Shown here piece after piece: positions 22,845 to 35,452 of a DNA stretch of 64,000 nt. The translations under genes and the position numbers were made by a program. Source of the stretch: Sporopachydermia quercuum (taxonomy: Eukaryota); contig BCGN01000006.1 in assembly GCA_001599295.1 (NCBI GenBank), positions 124,001-188,000 on the forward strand, in the 5' to 3' direction. Every line of letters begins with the position of its first letter. The stretch's first letter is position 1. The notes under the pieces are model-generated. The model saw only the letters and a list, made by a program, of their open reading frames with translations, was not told the DNA's origin and ran no database searches.

Positions 22845-23762
22845 ACATAAATGTTACTTTTCAGAGATCAAGAAATTTCAAGAAAATAAATAGTTAATGA
22901 AATCTACTAATTCTTTAACTTGACACTTTATCTTTTTACTGAACCAAAGTGAAATCCTTGATACGCTTGAAGTTCCTTATGCCTTTTCTGATAATGCTTT
23001 CAGATCTAGCAAACTTTAATCATTTTCCAACAGATCATTTAATAATTCTTGCTCTCAATGTAATTTATTTCTGAGCAAACCAAAACCATTATATAAGAAT
23101 ATTCTGGGTTCGAGTATGATAATTCTCTCAGGACATAACATGAGAAACAAAATAGCTCAATAAATGGTTACTAACCTTTTCTATCTTCACCCAATCCAAG
23201 ACTTAATTTCTTCCAATTAATCAGATATCCTGTTCCAATCTCAGAAAGGCAGTCTGTATAGACAAAAATAAGGTTCATAAAGGGTAAACTACCTCAGCAT
23301 TCAAAATTGAAAATTCCGAGTTCATGTTTGGATATGTAGAACTAGAGTTGAAAAATCAAGAATAGTATTGATGCATCCACAAGTTTCAAGGGTAAGTTAG
23401 CTAATTAGTAATCTCCTTTTGTTTCTTATAATTTCTATGTTTTTGTTTCCCCGTAAAAAATCAATCAGTTCCATTGGAAGTCCAAGTAGTTAAAATAGCT
23501 GTTAACATAGTAGCGTAAGGTTATTATTCTTCTATCATCTATTCTTATAAACAGATCAAGAGAACAAATACATTAGTATTGAATTATTTCCTTCTACAGC
23601 GTTATACAAAGTGATAGCATCATCAGTTTTCAGAAGTACTACCATAAGCATAGATTCCTATTCAGTATGAGTTTTTGACCTATTATTATACTGTAAAGTT
23701 TATACTGTAGAATGCATACATAATCCACATTCTTATTCTAATCCCCTTATACTTGTCCTTCG

Positions 23763-25439
23763 TCATAGTCTTGTCCAACTAGATAATGTATGTTCATTGC
23801 CCAATATTTCTGTCAATTCCATCAAAGATAAGTCACATCTAACCATTTTTAAATCTTCACTTGCTCCTTTGGTCTTATTACTCTTCTTCCCAATAACAGA
23901 AGTAACTTCTATTACCAAATTCAATCTAATCAACTTNTCCCATGCTCCTCGAGCAATCTCTTTACTCCATAAATGGTAACCAAGATTTATACCCATTGAA
24001 CCGGAATTAACTGTCCTATTCCTATCTTGGGACATTTTGTTGACTAGTAATTTATATTCCATGTAAGTTATATTGAAGTTAACAGAATTGTAATCAGTTT
24101 TCTCCTGAACTCTGGTTGCAGAGATAAGTATAGCTAACTCTAGCTCGGATAAAGATTCAACAAATGACTGAGTATCAGCTGAGTTCACTGTTGATTTAAA
24201 ATACTTGTCTATTGGTAAAGGGATATAGACTTCAGAAGACGTTTTATCAACTTTGCTGTTCTTGTTGATAGTGCTGTTAGTGTTATTCTCAGTATTGATA
24301 ATACAATTGATACCATTGATACCCTCACCGACTCTGGAAATTGCATCAATACAACATAGGTGAAACTGGCGTATATCCTTCGTAGTATAGAAATTATACT
24401 CAACTAGTCTATAAAGATTAGATTTTTTATTTTTGAATAGCTCCTCAATATGGTNGTTCCACTTAGATATAATTCTACTCAAAGGTCTAATTAAGCTAGC
24501 CTCTGGTTTCTGATTTATCAGTTCATCCAGACTGATGGACAATCCTGTTTTCAAAACCTGCCAATGATCATTGACATTTGCTGGTTTATGTAATGTGATA
24601 ATTCTTTGGGAGAAACGACTTCTCACCCTCTTCTCCATCATTTCTCTTGCCGTTATACGTGAAGTTAAACCAATAATACATAGTGGAGAAGAAGAATTGC
24701 TCTGAGCTAAATCGAATAGGTTATAAAGTAATGTTTGCCGAGGATGTAAAGCAAAGCGTTCAAACTCTTCAATCACTATCACAATTGCAATTGATTTAGC
24801 AGGATTGAAATCGGAGTTAGATGTTGAATTAGTAGTGTCTAACATTGATAGTAAACTTGACAGTGTTTCGGATATGGATCTCTTTTCTATTAGATTATAA
24901 CCATCAACACTTGAAGGTTTCAAACCAGAATTTGACTCAGCCAACGCAACATCTAATTGTCTTGCTATCTCCCTGATTGCCATTCTATCGTCAGTTTGAG
25001 ATATACCTGATAAGCGAACAGTGATGAATTGTTTGGGATATTCGCTAACCATATGAGACAAAGCCGTTTCAACAAGTAGTGACTTACCAGTTGAACGAGC
25101 TCCTATCAATAATATAGAGTTACCTTCACCATCAAGAATTGTAGCTTTCAATAATGATAGAATTTGGTTATAAGGTGTACTTAATTGAGCAAGCTTACAC
25201 TTCTGGCGTCCAACTAGCTTTGATAGAATAGTATTCCTTATCAATGAAAGACATTTGCTATTTAGTACATCAGTTGAATGTTGGATACATTTTGAATGTA
25301 TTGAATTAATAATATCATTTGGCAGAACACTTTCTTCAGCTTGTCGCACTATACCTAGTTCTGATTCTAAATAAGGCAGATCATCATGATCTCTTGGTTT
25401 ATATGCTGAAGTGGCAGTCTTCTGTCGCTTTGAAGGCAT
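23763..25439 (-). CDS. ORC4: Origin recognition complex subunit 4
   Basis: GEGNSILLIGARSTGKS (Walker A), DDRMAIREIARQL, RQTLLYNLFD, MEKRVRSRFSQR and SLSELELAILI. Confidence 0.96.
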   Translation of the reverse strand: MPSKRQKTATSAYKPRDHDDLPYLESELGIVRQAEESVLPNDIINSIHSKCIQHSTDVLNSKCLSLIRNTILSKLVGRQKCKLAQLSTPYNQILSLLKATILDGEGNSILLIGARSTGKSLLVETALSHMVSEYPKQFITVRLSGISQTDDRMAIREIARQLDVALAESNSGLKPSSVDGYNLIEKRSISETLSSLLSMLDTTNSTSNSDFNPAKSIAIVIVIEEFERFALHPRQTLLYNLFDLAQSNSSSPLCIIGLTSRITAREMMEKRVRSRFSQRIITLHKPANVNDHWQVLKTGLSISLDELINQKPEASLIRPLSRIISKWNXHIEELFKNKKSNLYRLVEYNFYTTKDIRQFHLCCIDAISRVGEGINGINCIINTENNTNSTINKNSKVDKTSSEVYIPLPIDKYFKSTVNSADTQSFVESLSELELAILISATRVQEKTDYNSVNFNITYMEYKLLVNKMSQDRNRTVNSGSMGINLGYHLWSKEIARGAWXKLIRLNLVIEVTSVIGKKSNKTKGASEDLKMVRCDLSLMELTEILGNEHTLSSWTRL

Positions 25440-25646
25440 TCTTATAGTGTAATTCTGATTTATGTATTATCAAAGATTGAATTATGAGGAAATGATTAGT
25501 TGGTCTGTCTTATATTGGAAATTCTGAGAAAATGATGTCTTCTAGTTAATCCTATAGATAATGTTTGGAAATAAGTGATCATTATGATAGTTTATTGTTA
25601 ATATGTTGTGGATGAAGGATGAAAAATACATATCATGCACTCTTGA

Positions 25647-25686
25647 ACGCGTTGAGATTTGAAAATAAAGTTACGTTTTTTTCGTG
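25647..25686. promoter_or_regulatory. G1/S elements upstream of ORC4 (MCB and SCB-like)
   Basis: ACGCGT at 25647-25652 and TTTCGTG (reverse of CACGAAA) at 25680-25686, 210-250 nt upstream of the ORC4 ATG. Confidence 0.5.
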
Positions 25687-27436
25687 TTTGCGCCAGGTGA
25701 AAGTGTTAGGTGATTATGTAATCAGCAAAGGTTTGACTAATTGTCTTAAGGTTTGCCAATGGTTAATAAATTCTGAAAAAGGAAACTGAAATAATCAATT
25801 CTATCACTCATCTTAGTTTCAGCATTCAGACAATATTGCCTCTCTCGTCTGTCTTTGGAGAATAGCTNTTAAGTAAGTACAGAATAAAACTACAAGAGGA
25901 AGTTATAGGCATTTGTGTTTTGATTTTTCTACAATAATATGTTAAAGATATCAAAGTTTTTTACTCACTATTTATGATAGTAGAATTAAAGATTTAATCA
26001 TTCTTTCTTCACCGAGTTAAAGTATCAGACTCTAAAGCTCTCCATTAATTGAAAGAGTATTCCACGAAAGTGGAATTATACTGAATTGAGTTTACTTTAT
26101 GAGATGATTTCAGTATCTGGTAGAATCAGAAGTAATCTTTCATTTAGTCCTTTGTCAAAAGAATCAGCAAGCAAGAATGTGTAGGAAGNTAGTATATAAT
26201 TTGAAAGAAGGTACATAGTTTACTCGGCTCTGGAGTTCACTTATTAATCGTCACTTTCAGATATGTATTATATTCCAGTGCAAGAAATGCTGCGCATGAT
26301 AAGCTATACCAAAGTTTAGAAGGACTTGCAGATATGTTAAATTGATGCAAATAATGGTATTATAAATACGATTTTATTGAGAGAAACATGATATATTCAC
26401 TCGTATAATAATAAATGTTATGTTGCCTTAACTAGTAAGCTCTTATCATTTACTGAGAAGGCTTTTTCTCATTGCCATTATAATAAGTGATTTGANACAA
26501 CGCCTTTCCATAATTTTTAATCCTGCATAGAAAAGTACCAATAAGATTGTCTCAGCTAATAACTNTTCACTATTTTATTTTTCCTAGTATACTTGATTAA
26601 TGTGTATGTATCTACTGATCTCCAAATGAATAGAGTTTATGACTTCTGTAAGTTCTTTTGAACCTTATATTTAACTTCCTAAAAAGAATATGTCATTATA
26701 GTTGAATTCTGAGCTGTAATTACTTAACTTAATTTATGTCAGTTGCTCTCTCTTCTATCAGAAATCTTNTGACTATTCCTAATCTTAACAGAAACAGATT
26801 TTATCAATTCAAGTATCTCCAACGAACTCGAGCAAAAAAAAGAGACCCTTCAACTACTCACGAAATGTTACTGCTTAAACTATCCCCTATAATTCTATTT
26901 AAGTAACTGTTCTAGCAGTTTTCTGTTCCGGTCTATCAACGTTAAAGTATAATGGAACAGCCATAAATACTATGACAGAAATATGTTCTACTGCTAGTGG
27001 TAGTCTATTGCTCTTATTCTAAGGCTTTTTGTTCTGGTATAGTAAGCAAAAAATATATAAGAAGACAGTACTATGTTGTACTTTTTCTCTCTTCTTCTTT
27101 GGATCTCTAACTTGTTCAGCTACTTTCTTCCCTTATTCTATCTCAAACAAACTGAAACACTAAGTTAAAAGTTAAGAAATATTTCTCTAAGAATTCGAAA
27201 TCAACTATAATTTCAAATTCCTATAACTAAGTGCTAGGTTTAGTAAGGTAACTAAATATTAATAGCCATTGGATCCAATGAAAAGCACTAAAAACTAAAG
27301 AACAGAGGAAACCCGAAAAGAACAAAAACACAAACTACAGAGAANAAAAAAAGAAAACAGCAGCACATATAACAACTAAAATATCAAAAAGCCAAACAGC
27401 TAGATAAAAAGTTTCAATCTGAACTAAAAATTTCAT

Positions 27437-27897
27437 GTAAGTATATTTAATAAAATAGATCAACACTAGAAACAAGCTGTCAGTGAATAAGAAAGAAGAT
27501 ATTTTACAGTTGAAATTCAGATTTAAGGTTTATCACTACAAATTAAGTTGTATCAAACTCACTTGAGTCATCATAAACCTTAAAAATATAAATCATCAGA
27601 ACTGTGTAGGAATCAAAGAGTCTGCGAATACAACAGCAGCTCGAATAACTAGAAGCAAGTTTATCAAGTTGCACACGTTAGTCTCAGAAGCCTCAACATA
27701 GTACAAGGTTCTCCTCTACTATCATTTTACTCTGCCTATTGAAACATAAAATGAGATTCAGTCAGAGTGAATAGCAGAGTACGAATACTGAACCTAGGAA
27801 TTCATCTGCTTCAATCAGCTGCATCACCATCTATTGAATTATCATGATAACTCTATGATCAATAACTAATAATTACTAACAATATTCGCCGACTTAG
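27437..27897 (+). other. Putative 5'UTR intron of the H+-ATPase gene
   Basis: GTAAGT at 27437, perfect TACTAAC at 27874-27880, TAG at 27895-27897 (alternative TAG at 27907-27909). The ATG follows at 27931. Confidence 0.65.
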
Positions 27898-27930
27898 CTT
27901 TTCAACTAGATTTCACACGGACTATCAGTA

Positions 27931-30834
27931 ATGACTGAAATCACTGCTTCAAACACCAAAGGCAAAGAAAACCCCACTCTTGATACTTCTAAACGCTCTT
28001 CTATGACTCCTGAATCCAACCCAGAGCCCAAATCTGTTTCTAAAATCATTGAAGCTATCCCCATTTCTGTTTCGAGTTCTACCGTCGTTCCCATTTTAGA
28101 GAAATACATAAATGCCCCACCAAATCCTGAAGAAGATCTCTCAGACGATCTTGATGCATTAATTGCAGAACTCCAATCCGAAGCCGAAAATAACACTAGC
28201 ACAGAATGCAATTCTAATCCTCCTGATGATCTATCCAATCCTCCCAGTAGCTCAGCAGACCTTGATACTAACCCAACCACAGGTCTCACCGATATAGAGG
28301 TTGTTTTTCGCAAGAAGAAGTACGGAATGAACCAACTGGCCCAAGAACAAGGAAACCTCCTAATTAAACTTATAATGTTTTTCTTTGGTCCTATTCAGTA
28401 TGTTATGGAAGCAGCAGCACTTCTTGCTGCTGGTTTAGAGGACTGGGTTGATTTCGGGGTTATTCTAGGCTTGTTACTTCTTAACGCCGCTGTTGGTTTC
28501 ATCCAAGAATACCAAGCCGGTTCGATCGTTGACGAACTGAAGAAAACTCTGGCCCACAGAGCTACCGTACTTAGAAATAGTTCCCTGGGCGAAATTTCAG
28601 CAGAAGATATCGTACCAGGTGACATTTTGCNTTTGGAGGAAGGTACAGTTGTTCCAGCCGATGGACAACTAATTACCCAGGATTGTTTTCTGCAAATAGA
28701 CCAGTCCGCTATTACTGGTGAATCATTAGCAGTAAATAAGCATACCGGAGATACCACTTTTGCATCCTCAACTGTCAAGCGTGGTGAAGCTTTCATGGTG
28801 GTAAGCGCTACTGGCGACAGAACTTTTGTTGGCCGTGCCGCTACTCTTGTAAGTAAAGCCTCCTCAGGTTCAGGGCATTTTACCGATGTTTTAAATGGTA
28901 TCGGTACCGTTTTGCTTGTATTGGTAATGGCTACCTTGTTGATTGTGTGGACATCTTGCTTCTATCGTTCAGAATCTTTAGTGGAAATTCTCCGTTATAC
29001 TTTGGCTATAACTATTGTTGGCGTTCCAGTGGGTCTCCCTGCGGTGGTCACCACGACGATGGCCGTTGGGGCAGCCTATCTGGCCCGCAAACAAGCAATT
29101 GTCCAAAAGCTGTCCGCCATTGAATCTCTTGCAGGGGTTGAAATTCTCTGTTCTGACAAAACCGGTACCCTGACTAGAAATAAGCTGTCACTCCATTCAC
29201 CATTTACCGTTGGCGAGGTTGACTGTGAAGACTTGATGCTTACAGCCTGTTTAGCTGCCTCGCGGACACGAAAAGGGCTTGATGCCATTGACAAGGCCTT
29301 CTTGAAAGCATTAAAAGGATATCCAAATGCCAAAAATGCACTTGCAAATTATAAAATATTGGAGTTTCATCCATTTGATCCAGTGTCCAAGAAAGTTGTT
29401 GCAGTTGTAGAGTCCCCAGCTGGGGAGAAAATCATCTGTGTGAAAGGGGCACCTTTGTTTGTCTTGCACACTGTTCTCAATGACAATCCTGTGTGCGAAG
29501 AAATTCTGGAGGCCTACCGTGGGGCCGTCAGTGATTTTGCCTCCCGGGGATTCCGTTCTCTGGGTGTGGCACGAAAGTACGCGGACAAACCATGGGAAAT
29601 TTTGGGTATTATGCCCTGCATGGATCCCCCACGACATGACACTGCCAAAACTGTTCATGAAGCAAAACAACTTGGTCTCCGCGTGAAAATGCTCACAGGA
29701 GATGCTGTTGGCATTGCTAGAGAAACTTCACGCCAGTTAGGGCTTGGTACTAATATCTATAATGCCGAACGTCTAGGACTTGGTAGCTCAGNTGATTCAG
29801 TTTCTGGCACCCCTAGCGGTGCCCCATTTATGCCTGGTAGCGAGATCTACGATTTTGTAGAAAGTGCTGACGGGTTTGCTGAAGTATTTCCTCAACATAA
29901 ATATACCGTGGTAGAAATGCTCCAACAAAGAGGGTATCTGGTGGCTATGACAGGCGATGGTGTTAATGATGCCCCATCCTTAAAGAAAGCTGACACAGGT
30001 ATAGCTGTTGAAGGATCCTCTGATGCAGCTCGTTCTGCTGCAGATATCGTTTTCCTTGCTCCAGGTTTATCTGCTATCATTGATGCCCTGAAAACTTCCC
30101 GCCAGATTTTTCATAGAATGTATGCCTACGTTGCCTACAGAATTGCTCTTTCTTTACATCTCGAGATACTTTTTGGACTCTGGATAGCAATTATGAACAG
30201 AAATCTTGATATCAACTTAGTTGTGTTTATAGCTATCTTTGCTGATGTTGCTACGTTGGCCATAGCTTATGACAATGCTCCTTATTCTCAGAAACCAGTG
30301 AAATGGAATCTGCCCAAGCTATGGGGAATTTCTGTTGTATTGGGTGTGATTTTGGCTCTAGGATCGTGGATAACGCTCACAACAATGTTCACCAATGGTG
30401 GTGTTAATTCCGGTGTGATTGAGAAATATGGTACTGTTGATGGTGTAATGTTTTTACAAATTGCCCTTACAGAAAACTGGTTAATCTTTATCACCCGTGC
30501 TGCAGGACCATTCTGGTCTTCAATGCCCTCATGGCAACTTTCTGGGGCGGTCTTTGTTGTTGATATCCTGGCTACATGTTTCTGTTTATTTGGTTGGTTT
30601 TGTCCCGGCCCAACATCGATTGTAGCTGTTGTTAGAGTATGGCTCTTCTCCTTCGGAATAATGTACGTCTCAGGAGGAACATATTATTTGATGGATCAAA
30701 GTGAGGGTTTTGATAGATTAATGCATGGCAAACCTATCAACGAAAGAAAGAAGCAAAGAAGATGGGAGGATTTCTTAGTTTCTATGAAAAGAGTTTCAAC
30801 TCAACACGCAGTAGGTTCTGAAAAGGAGGATTGA
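27931..30834 (+). CDS. PMA1: Plasma-membrane P3A H+-ATPase (PMA1/PMA2 family, probably a secondary paralog)
   Basis: [42 protein letters not shown] and the C-terminal regulatory EDF...KRVSTQH. Confidence 0.95.
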   Translation: MTEITASNTKGKENPTLDTSKRSSMTPESNPEPKSVSKIIEAIPISVSSSTVVPILEKYINAPPNPEEDLSDDLDALIAELQSEAENNTSTECNSNPPDDLSNPPSSSADLDTNPTTGLTDIEVVFRKKKYGMNQLAQEQGNLLIKLIMFFFGPIQYVMEAAALLAAGLEDWVDFGVILGLLLLNAAVGFIQEYQAGSIVDELKKTLAHRATVLRNSSLGEISAEDIVPGDILXLEEGTVVPADGQLITQDCFLQIDQSAITGESLAVNKHTGDTTFASSTVKRGEAFMVVSATGDRTFVGRAATLVSKASSGSGHFTDVLNGIGTVLLVLVMATLLIVWTSCFYRSESLVEILRYTLAITIVGVPVGLPAVVTTTMAVGAAYLARKQAIVQKLSAIESLAGVEILCSDKTGTLTRNKLSLHSPFTVGEVDCEDLMLTACLAASRTRKGLDAIDKAFLKALKGYPNAKNALANYKILEFHPFDPVSKKVVAVVESPAGEKIICVKGAPLFVLHTVLNDNPVCEEILEAYRGAVSDFASRGFRSLGVARKYADKPWEILGIMPCMDPPRHDTAKTVHEAKQLGLRVKMLTGDAVGIARETSRQLGLGTNIYNAERLGLGSSXDSVSGTPSGAPFMPGSEIYDFVESADGFAEVFPQHKYTVVEMLQQRGYLVAMTGDGVNDAPSLKKADTGIAVEGSSDAARSAADIVFLAPGLSAIIDALKTSRQIFHRMYAYVAYRIALSLHLEILFGLWIAIMNRNLDINLVVFIAIFADVATLAIAYDNAPYSQKPVKWNLPKLWGISVVLGVILALGSWITLTTMFTNGGVNSGVIEKYGTVDGVMFLQIALTENWLIFITRAAGPFWSSMPSWQLSGAVFVVDILATCFCLFGWFCPGPTSIVAVVRVWLFSFGIMYVSGGTYYLMDQSEGFDRLMHGKPINERKKQRRWEDFLVSMKRVSTQHAVGSEKED

Positions 30835-31933
30835 GGATACAATTAGCTTCACTTTTATGAAATTTTGAGAACTGAGTTGGAAGATTTCTTAAGATAGACT
30901 GTTTTGGCTTTACTTTGCATAACTTTTGTTGTTTAATGTTTCATTTTCGTTTTCGATTCACATTTTTTACTTCCAATTTTTTATTCTTCCTCATTTGTAT
31001 GTTCATGTTCATGCTTATGATTACGTTCTTGATTTGATATAGAAACTAAAAGTCTGATGTCAATTCTNCATTTTGTCAATTCGTTTTAGATAACTGAGAA
31101 AAAGTATTTCTCTTATGCTATAAGTTATGTGAACAAAAGTATGGTTCCTTTACTACTTCATGCATGCTATAGAGTATCAACTGCTAGTTAAGTTCTGTTT
31201 GAAAGAGTATTCAATGACTTTTTATGAAAGAAGAGACTTGAGACAGGTTCCAGACTTTTAATGATCATTGAGCTGATTCATCCAATGATACACTAACTCT
31301 TTTAACANCAGATCAATAGAACGGTTAAATAGCAAATCCTGTTTATTTAACAGCACGTAAAGGATAAAAATTGAGCAGAACAAAGGCAGAATTTGAATCA
31401 GGCTTTGTGGAATCTACATTGGAACAATACGCCACCACTGTTTCCATAATAGTTCATGAAACAGATCAATAAACAGACAAGCAGCCAAATAAACAATTGT
31501 TAGTTAATGAACAGACACAATTGTCTCTTCATTACATGAGACTTCATTTCCTGAACAGCTTGCTACTAGACTATTGTTTTCTATATTGCATCTTTATTCA
31601 CATGCAATTTCTATGTCTATTGTTTCAATTATTTGCTGATTATATCGCCTTGTTCATTACAGTTCTTGGTGCTAGAAAAACTTCGAGTCAATAGTACTCA
31701 AAACCTGCGTGAGATTCTTAACCTTAAATGAATTATCTAACGGTAAAATCCCATTCAAGAGATAACATCACAATTACTATTTCTATTTTCTCTTTTACTA
31801 TTTACCAACTTTAGAGATTTGACATCTCCATAAATTGATTTTTATCTCTTCATATCAAGCAGACAGACATATTCCGTAATGTTGCAGAATTTTGTTATTG
31901 TGAGCTGTTGCTGTCTATCCAATCGTTTCAAGA

Positions 31934-34427
31934 ATGTGCCCTGTTATTCCTGGATTCTGGTACGGTAAGTAGTTCAGAGAGTCCAGAAATCTCTATCGCT
32001 GGCTGGGCTACTTCTTTTTGCTATTCAATCTTCGGTAGTACTTTGCTTATGTAATTGAAATTACTGCTCTCGATTATGTTTTCGCTCTACTCTTTCCTCT
32101 GATACTAATACAGCACAAATTATCTAGACAAAAAACTTAGGAAATACTTCAAAATAGATAAAAACCCATCATCCACTAATTACTCGTCTTCCAAGAAGCC
32201 GAAAGTACAAAATGTGCAAAAAGCACCAGTCAACCGTGTCGATTTAAGTATTTTGAATGATTTCAACAGAAGGCTTGCCGGATTAACTGCTCGTGATTCA
32301 TATCTATTGCATTCCTGTCGGACTATGAAGAATCCTCCTCATGATTGTTTTCATTCATTGGTTANTATTGCTGGAAGCAATGCAATTGCTCAAACAAAGT
32401 ATCTAAACTATTTTCAAAATGTACTACATGAAACATATTCCTTTGGCAAACTAGAGAAAAAACTACAAGTGTTGTTGCACCAAGGATTCCAACCCGACGC
32501 TGAAAAGATCTACGATCAACATGAATTTATTGTGTTAAGGCAATCAACCCCGAAGACGGAAGAGATTTTTCACATTGATAAATTAAAATCCAAAAATATA
32601 TCAGCAATTCTAGTTGTTCCTGGCCATATTCCTTTTATTTTATTTGGTTTTGAGAATGGCCATCTACAACTTGTACCAGCTCATTATTTTCTCTATGTAC
32701 ACCCTGATATTCTTTCCTCTTCATTGGATAATGATAATGAAACGAGTCAGGAAAAGAACAATGGAAAAAAAGAGGAAAAGGCAAAAGAATACCAATCTGG
32801 AGGTTCAGATAAAATAAGTGATAGACAGTCGAATCAACCAAACCTGAGGGCCGACCTTAGTCGATCTTCTAAAAGAAAGTACGCAACCCCCACCCTATTT
32901 TCTCGGTCAAGAATTTTGACAAACTATAAATCTCTTATTCCGTTAAGATCCGGAATCAAGAAAATCATTAGAGGCAATAGATCTAGAATTCATATCATAA
33001 CTAAAGGAAACGAATATCAACCTTCATTTGCTATAGAATGTATTATGGAGAAGTATGACCCTGAGAAGACTTTCCAGTACCTCAGCAAGGCTGGCATCAA
33101 GAACTCAAGTGATATTCTATGTTATATCTCTGACAAAGTATTCTCGACTTGTAAGACTCTGCTGTTTACATTGCCAAATAGTGAGCCTATTCTTTCATTT
33201 GACGTTTTCAATGAATTACTTATGTTTGGTACTCATAAGAAATGCTTTGTTCATACACAAAAAGAAGCTTCATGGCATCGACCTAGGATTATTGATGAAA
33301 GAACCAGTATTCCTATTGCATTTAATTCTAATGATGTGGCAAATGTAAAAAGGAAACTATTATGGACTTTCAAAACTAAAAGTGATGTTTTAGCTATTGC
33401 TAATAATAGAGAGCGGCTGATTGCATTTGGCTGTAGAAATGGCGATTTGAGTATTTTCGATAGAACGCTTTTAACATCACAGCAAAATCCAGAAATCATA
33501 AACGTTGGATTCCCTATCACTCATCTTTTCTTTCTGTCCCGAAATGATAAACCAGGAAGACAGAGTTATAGAGAGAGCCATAAAGGTTTTACACATGAAG
33601 TTGAGCCTGACAATTTTGATGAAAATCTTGACCACTCTGAAGAATCTGAATCGAACGTATGCGGTTCTGACGAAGATTGTGATAGGTTTCATGATCGCAC
33701 CGGTAGACGTTGTAAGAACGGATTTATCAAGGAATATGACTACTTACTTGTGCTTGGGTTGAAAAGCACTATAAATTTATATAGGGTTAATTGTAATAGG
33801 CACGTGCTGGGTAAGGAGCTTTCAAATCCGCTTTATAAGAATGAAGCTGGTATTCCTCCGTTACCTTCTTACTCTCTCCATCCTTTGAAGAAGTACGAAG
33901 GGTTTGAAAATGAATATTTGATAGATCATGCTGCTGCTGTTGATCGAAACCACAACTATTTAGCGATTGCTGGAACCAATGACAAAATACTTATTTATGA
34001 TATATTCAAAGGCGGTATAATTAAAATCATTGATTTAAATGAGAATGAAACTTATAAGGCAAAGAAGGAAAAGGTAACTGGTATTCAATTTACTTACAAT
34101 GACACATTTCCCCCTTTGCCATGTGATGCAGAAGGGAAAATTGAACCAGGTGGATACGGCAATAATTACTTATTGAAGCTAGAAAGAGATAGTTCGACAG
34201 ATATCCGCCCTAGTATTGATAGTACAGGTCCATCTAGAATGGGAACTGAATTCATCAGAAATATACTTGTCGCATTTAGGGANGGGAGCACTAAAGTCGA
34301 TACAAGTGGGAAACTTCCAGAACAAAAAGCTATAGATGGAAGTTTGAATGGTTTTCTCTTCACTTATGGAGAGGAGACTGATTATTGGTCTTTCAATACT
34401 TATCAAGGGCCATCATCTCACGGTTAA
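31934..34427 (+). CDS. DCAF4/Wdr21-like WD40 protein; two exons (31934-31964, 32128-34427)
   Basis: Intron 31965-32127 (GTAAGT, TACTAAT at 32103-32109, TAG) restores MCPVIPGFWYDKKLRKYFKI, the PGFYYDxxxxxYFxI helix typical of DCAF4/Wdr21. An internal segment LIAFGCRNGDLSIFD resembles DCAF4 LFNGCRSGEIFAID. Confidence 0.7.
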
Positions 34428-35289
34428 GACTGCAGAAAATAAGTTAATTGGAGAATACCGAGAAATTTGAATGAATCTATTGGAACGAAGATTCGGACGG
34501 TTCAGTAGAAGAAGCAGGAGATAAAAGGAACAAGAGGAAAAGTAACTCCAGGAGATCAGCAATAGAGATAAAAGATAAGGTAGAAAGCAAGGATTATAAA
34601 AGCACTTACTACAAGCATATGATATGTAAAGTTTTGTGAATAATGTGGAAGTTGATATTAATGTTGCATTTTACTTGTGACTGGAAATTCATAACTATAT
34701 AAATGTAAAATTCAATTGTAATGAACGTTTAAGTTTTATTAAGATAGAACAGGCTAACGATAAAAAGTGGTGTAGCAAATCCAAATTATTAGTTGTAATT
34801 GATGGAAAGAACTAGAAAGGCTCATTTAGTACTGTGGGTTCATATTTCGGGGTTAAACTTAATCTCACACCTAACTTCATTTTACTTCTGGCTTTGATCC
34901 ATCGTTCTCTATTGCTTATGGCAAATCACATAACTTGTTTTGAGAGAAGAGAAAGTAGGAGACTCTTTTTGATACACAGGCTAGATTTTTATCATGGTAT
35001 ATTACTTAGTATGTGTTATTAGAAAGTTATTTTTGATCAGAAGTTCCTTTTGTCAATTAACTTATTCCTGCTCGAACTACTAAACAGGATTTAACTACAA
35101 CGAGATTGAGAGCTTAACTTACTTTAAAGTTAAATCTACTTCAATTGCCAAAGCAAGAAACTATTGTTTTCACATATTCAGATTTTGTTCTCCAAATGAT
35201 ATTTTTATTCACTTATCTTAGTACACAACTAAAAATGCAATTGGTATTGATGAAGGTCTGAATCAGATTGATTTTAAATAGTTAGTTTT

Positions 35290-35452
35290 CCAACTGTATG
35301 TTATTCGCTTGGTACTCACAGGCAGACAGATTTCCTCCTTCGCAGTCTTCATGCTAGCTTTAGCATCGGCAAAAGTTGTCGGTTTGATGAAATATCCTTT
35401 ATCACCATGTCGTTGACCACCAGTAATCGAAGTATTTTAATACTGTTTCAAA
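35290..35452 (-). pseudogene. Aldehyde dehydrogenase (ALD/ALDH1-2 type) fragment
   Basis: 35427-35311 reads [39 protein letters not shown] (family: [38 protein letters not shown]). It is preceded after a deletion/frameshift by FETVLKY (35452-35432). The rest of the gene is not recognisable. Confidence 0.88.

Noticed and set aside
27931..30834. CUG codon reassignment (Ser or Ala clades)
   Set aside because: CTG occupies invariant Leu sites (GTLT, QKLSA, NKLSL, AYLA, GYLV, DALKT), so the standard code applies.
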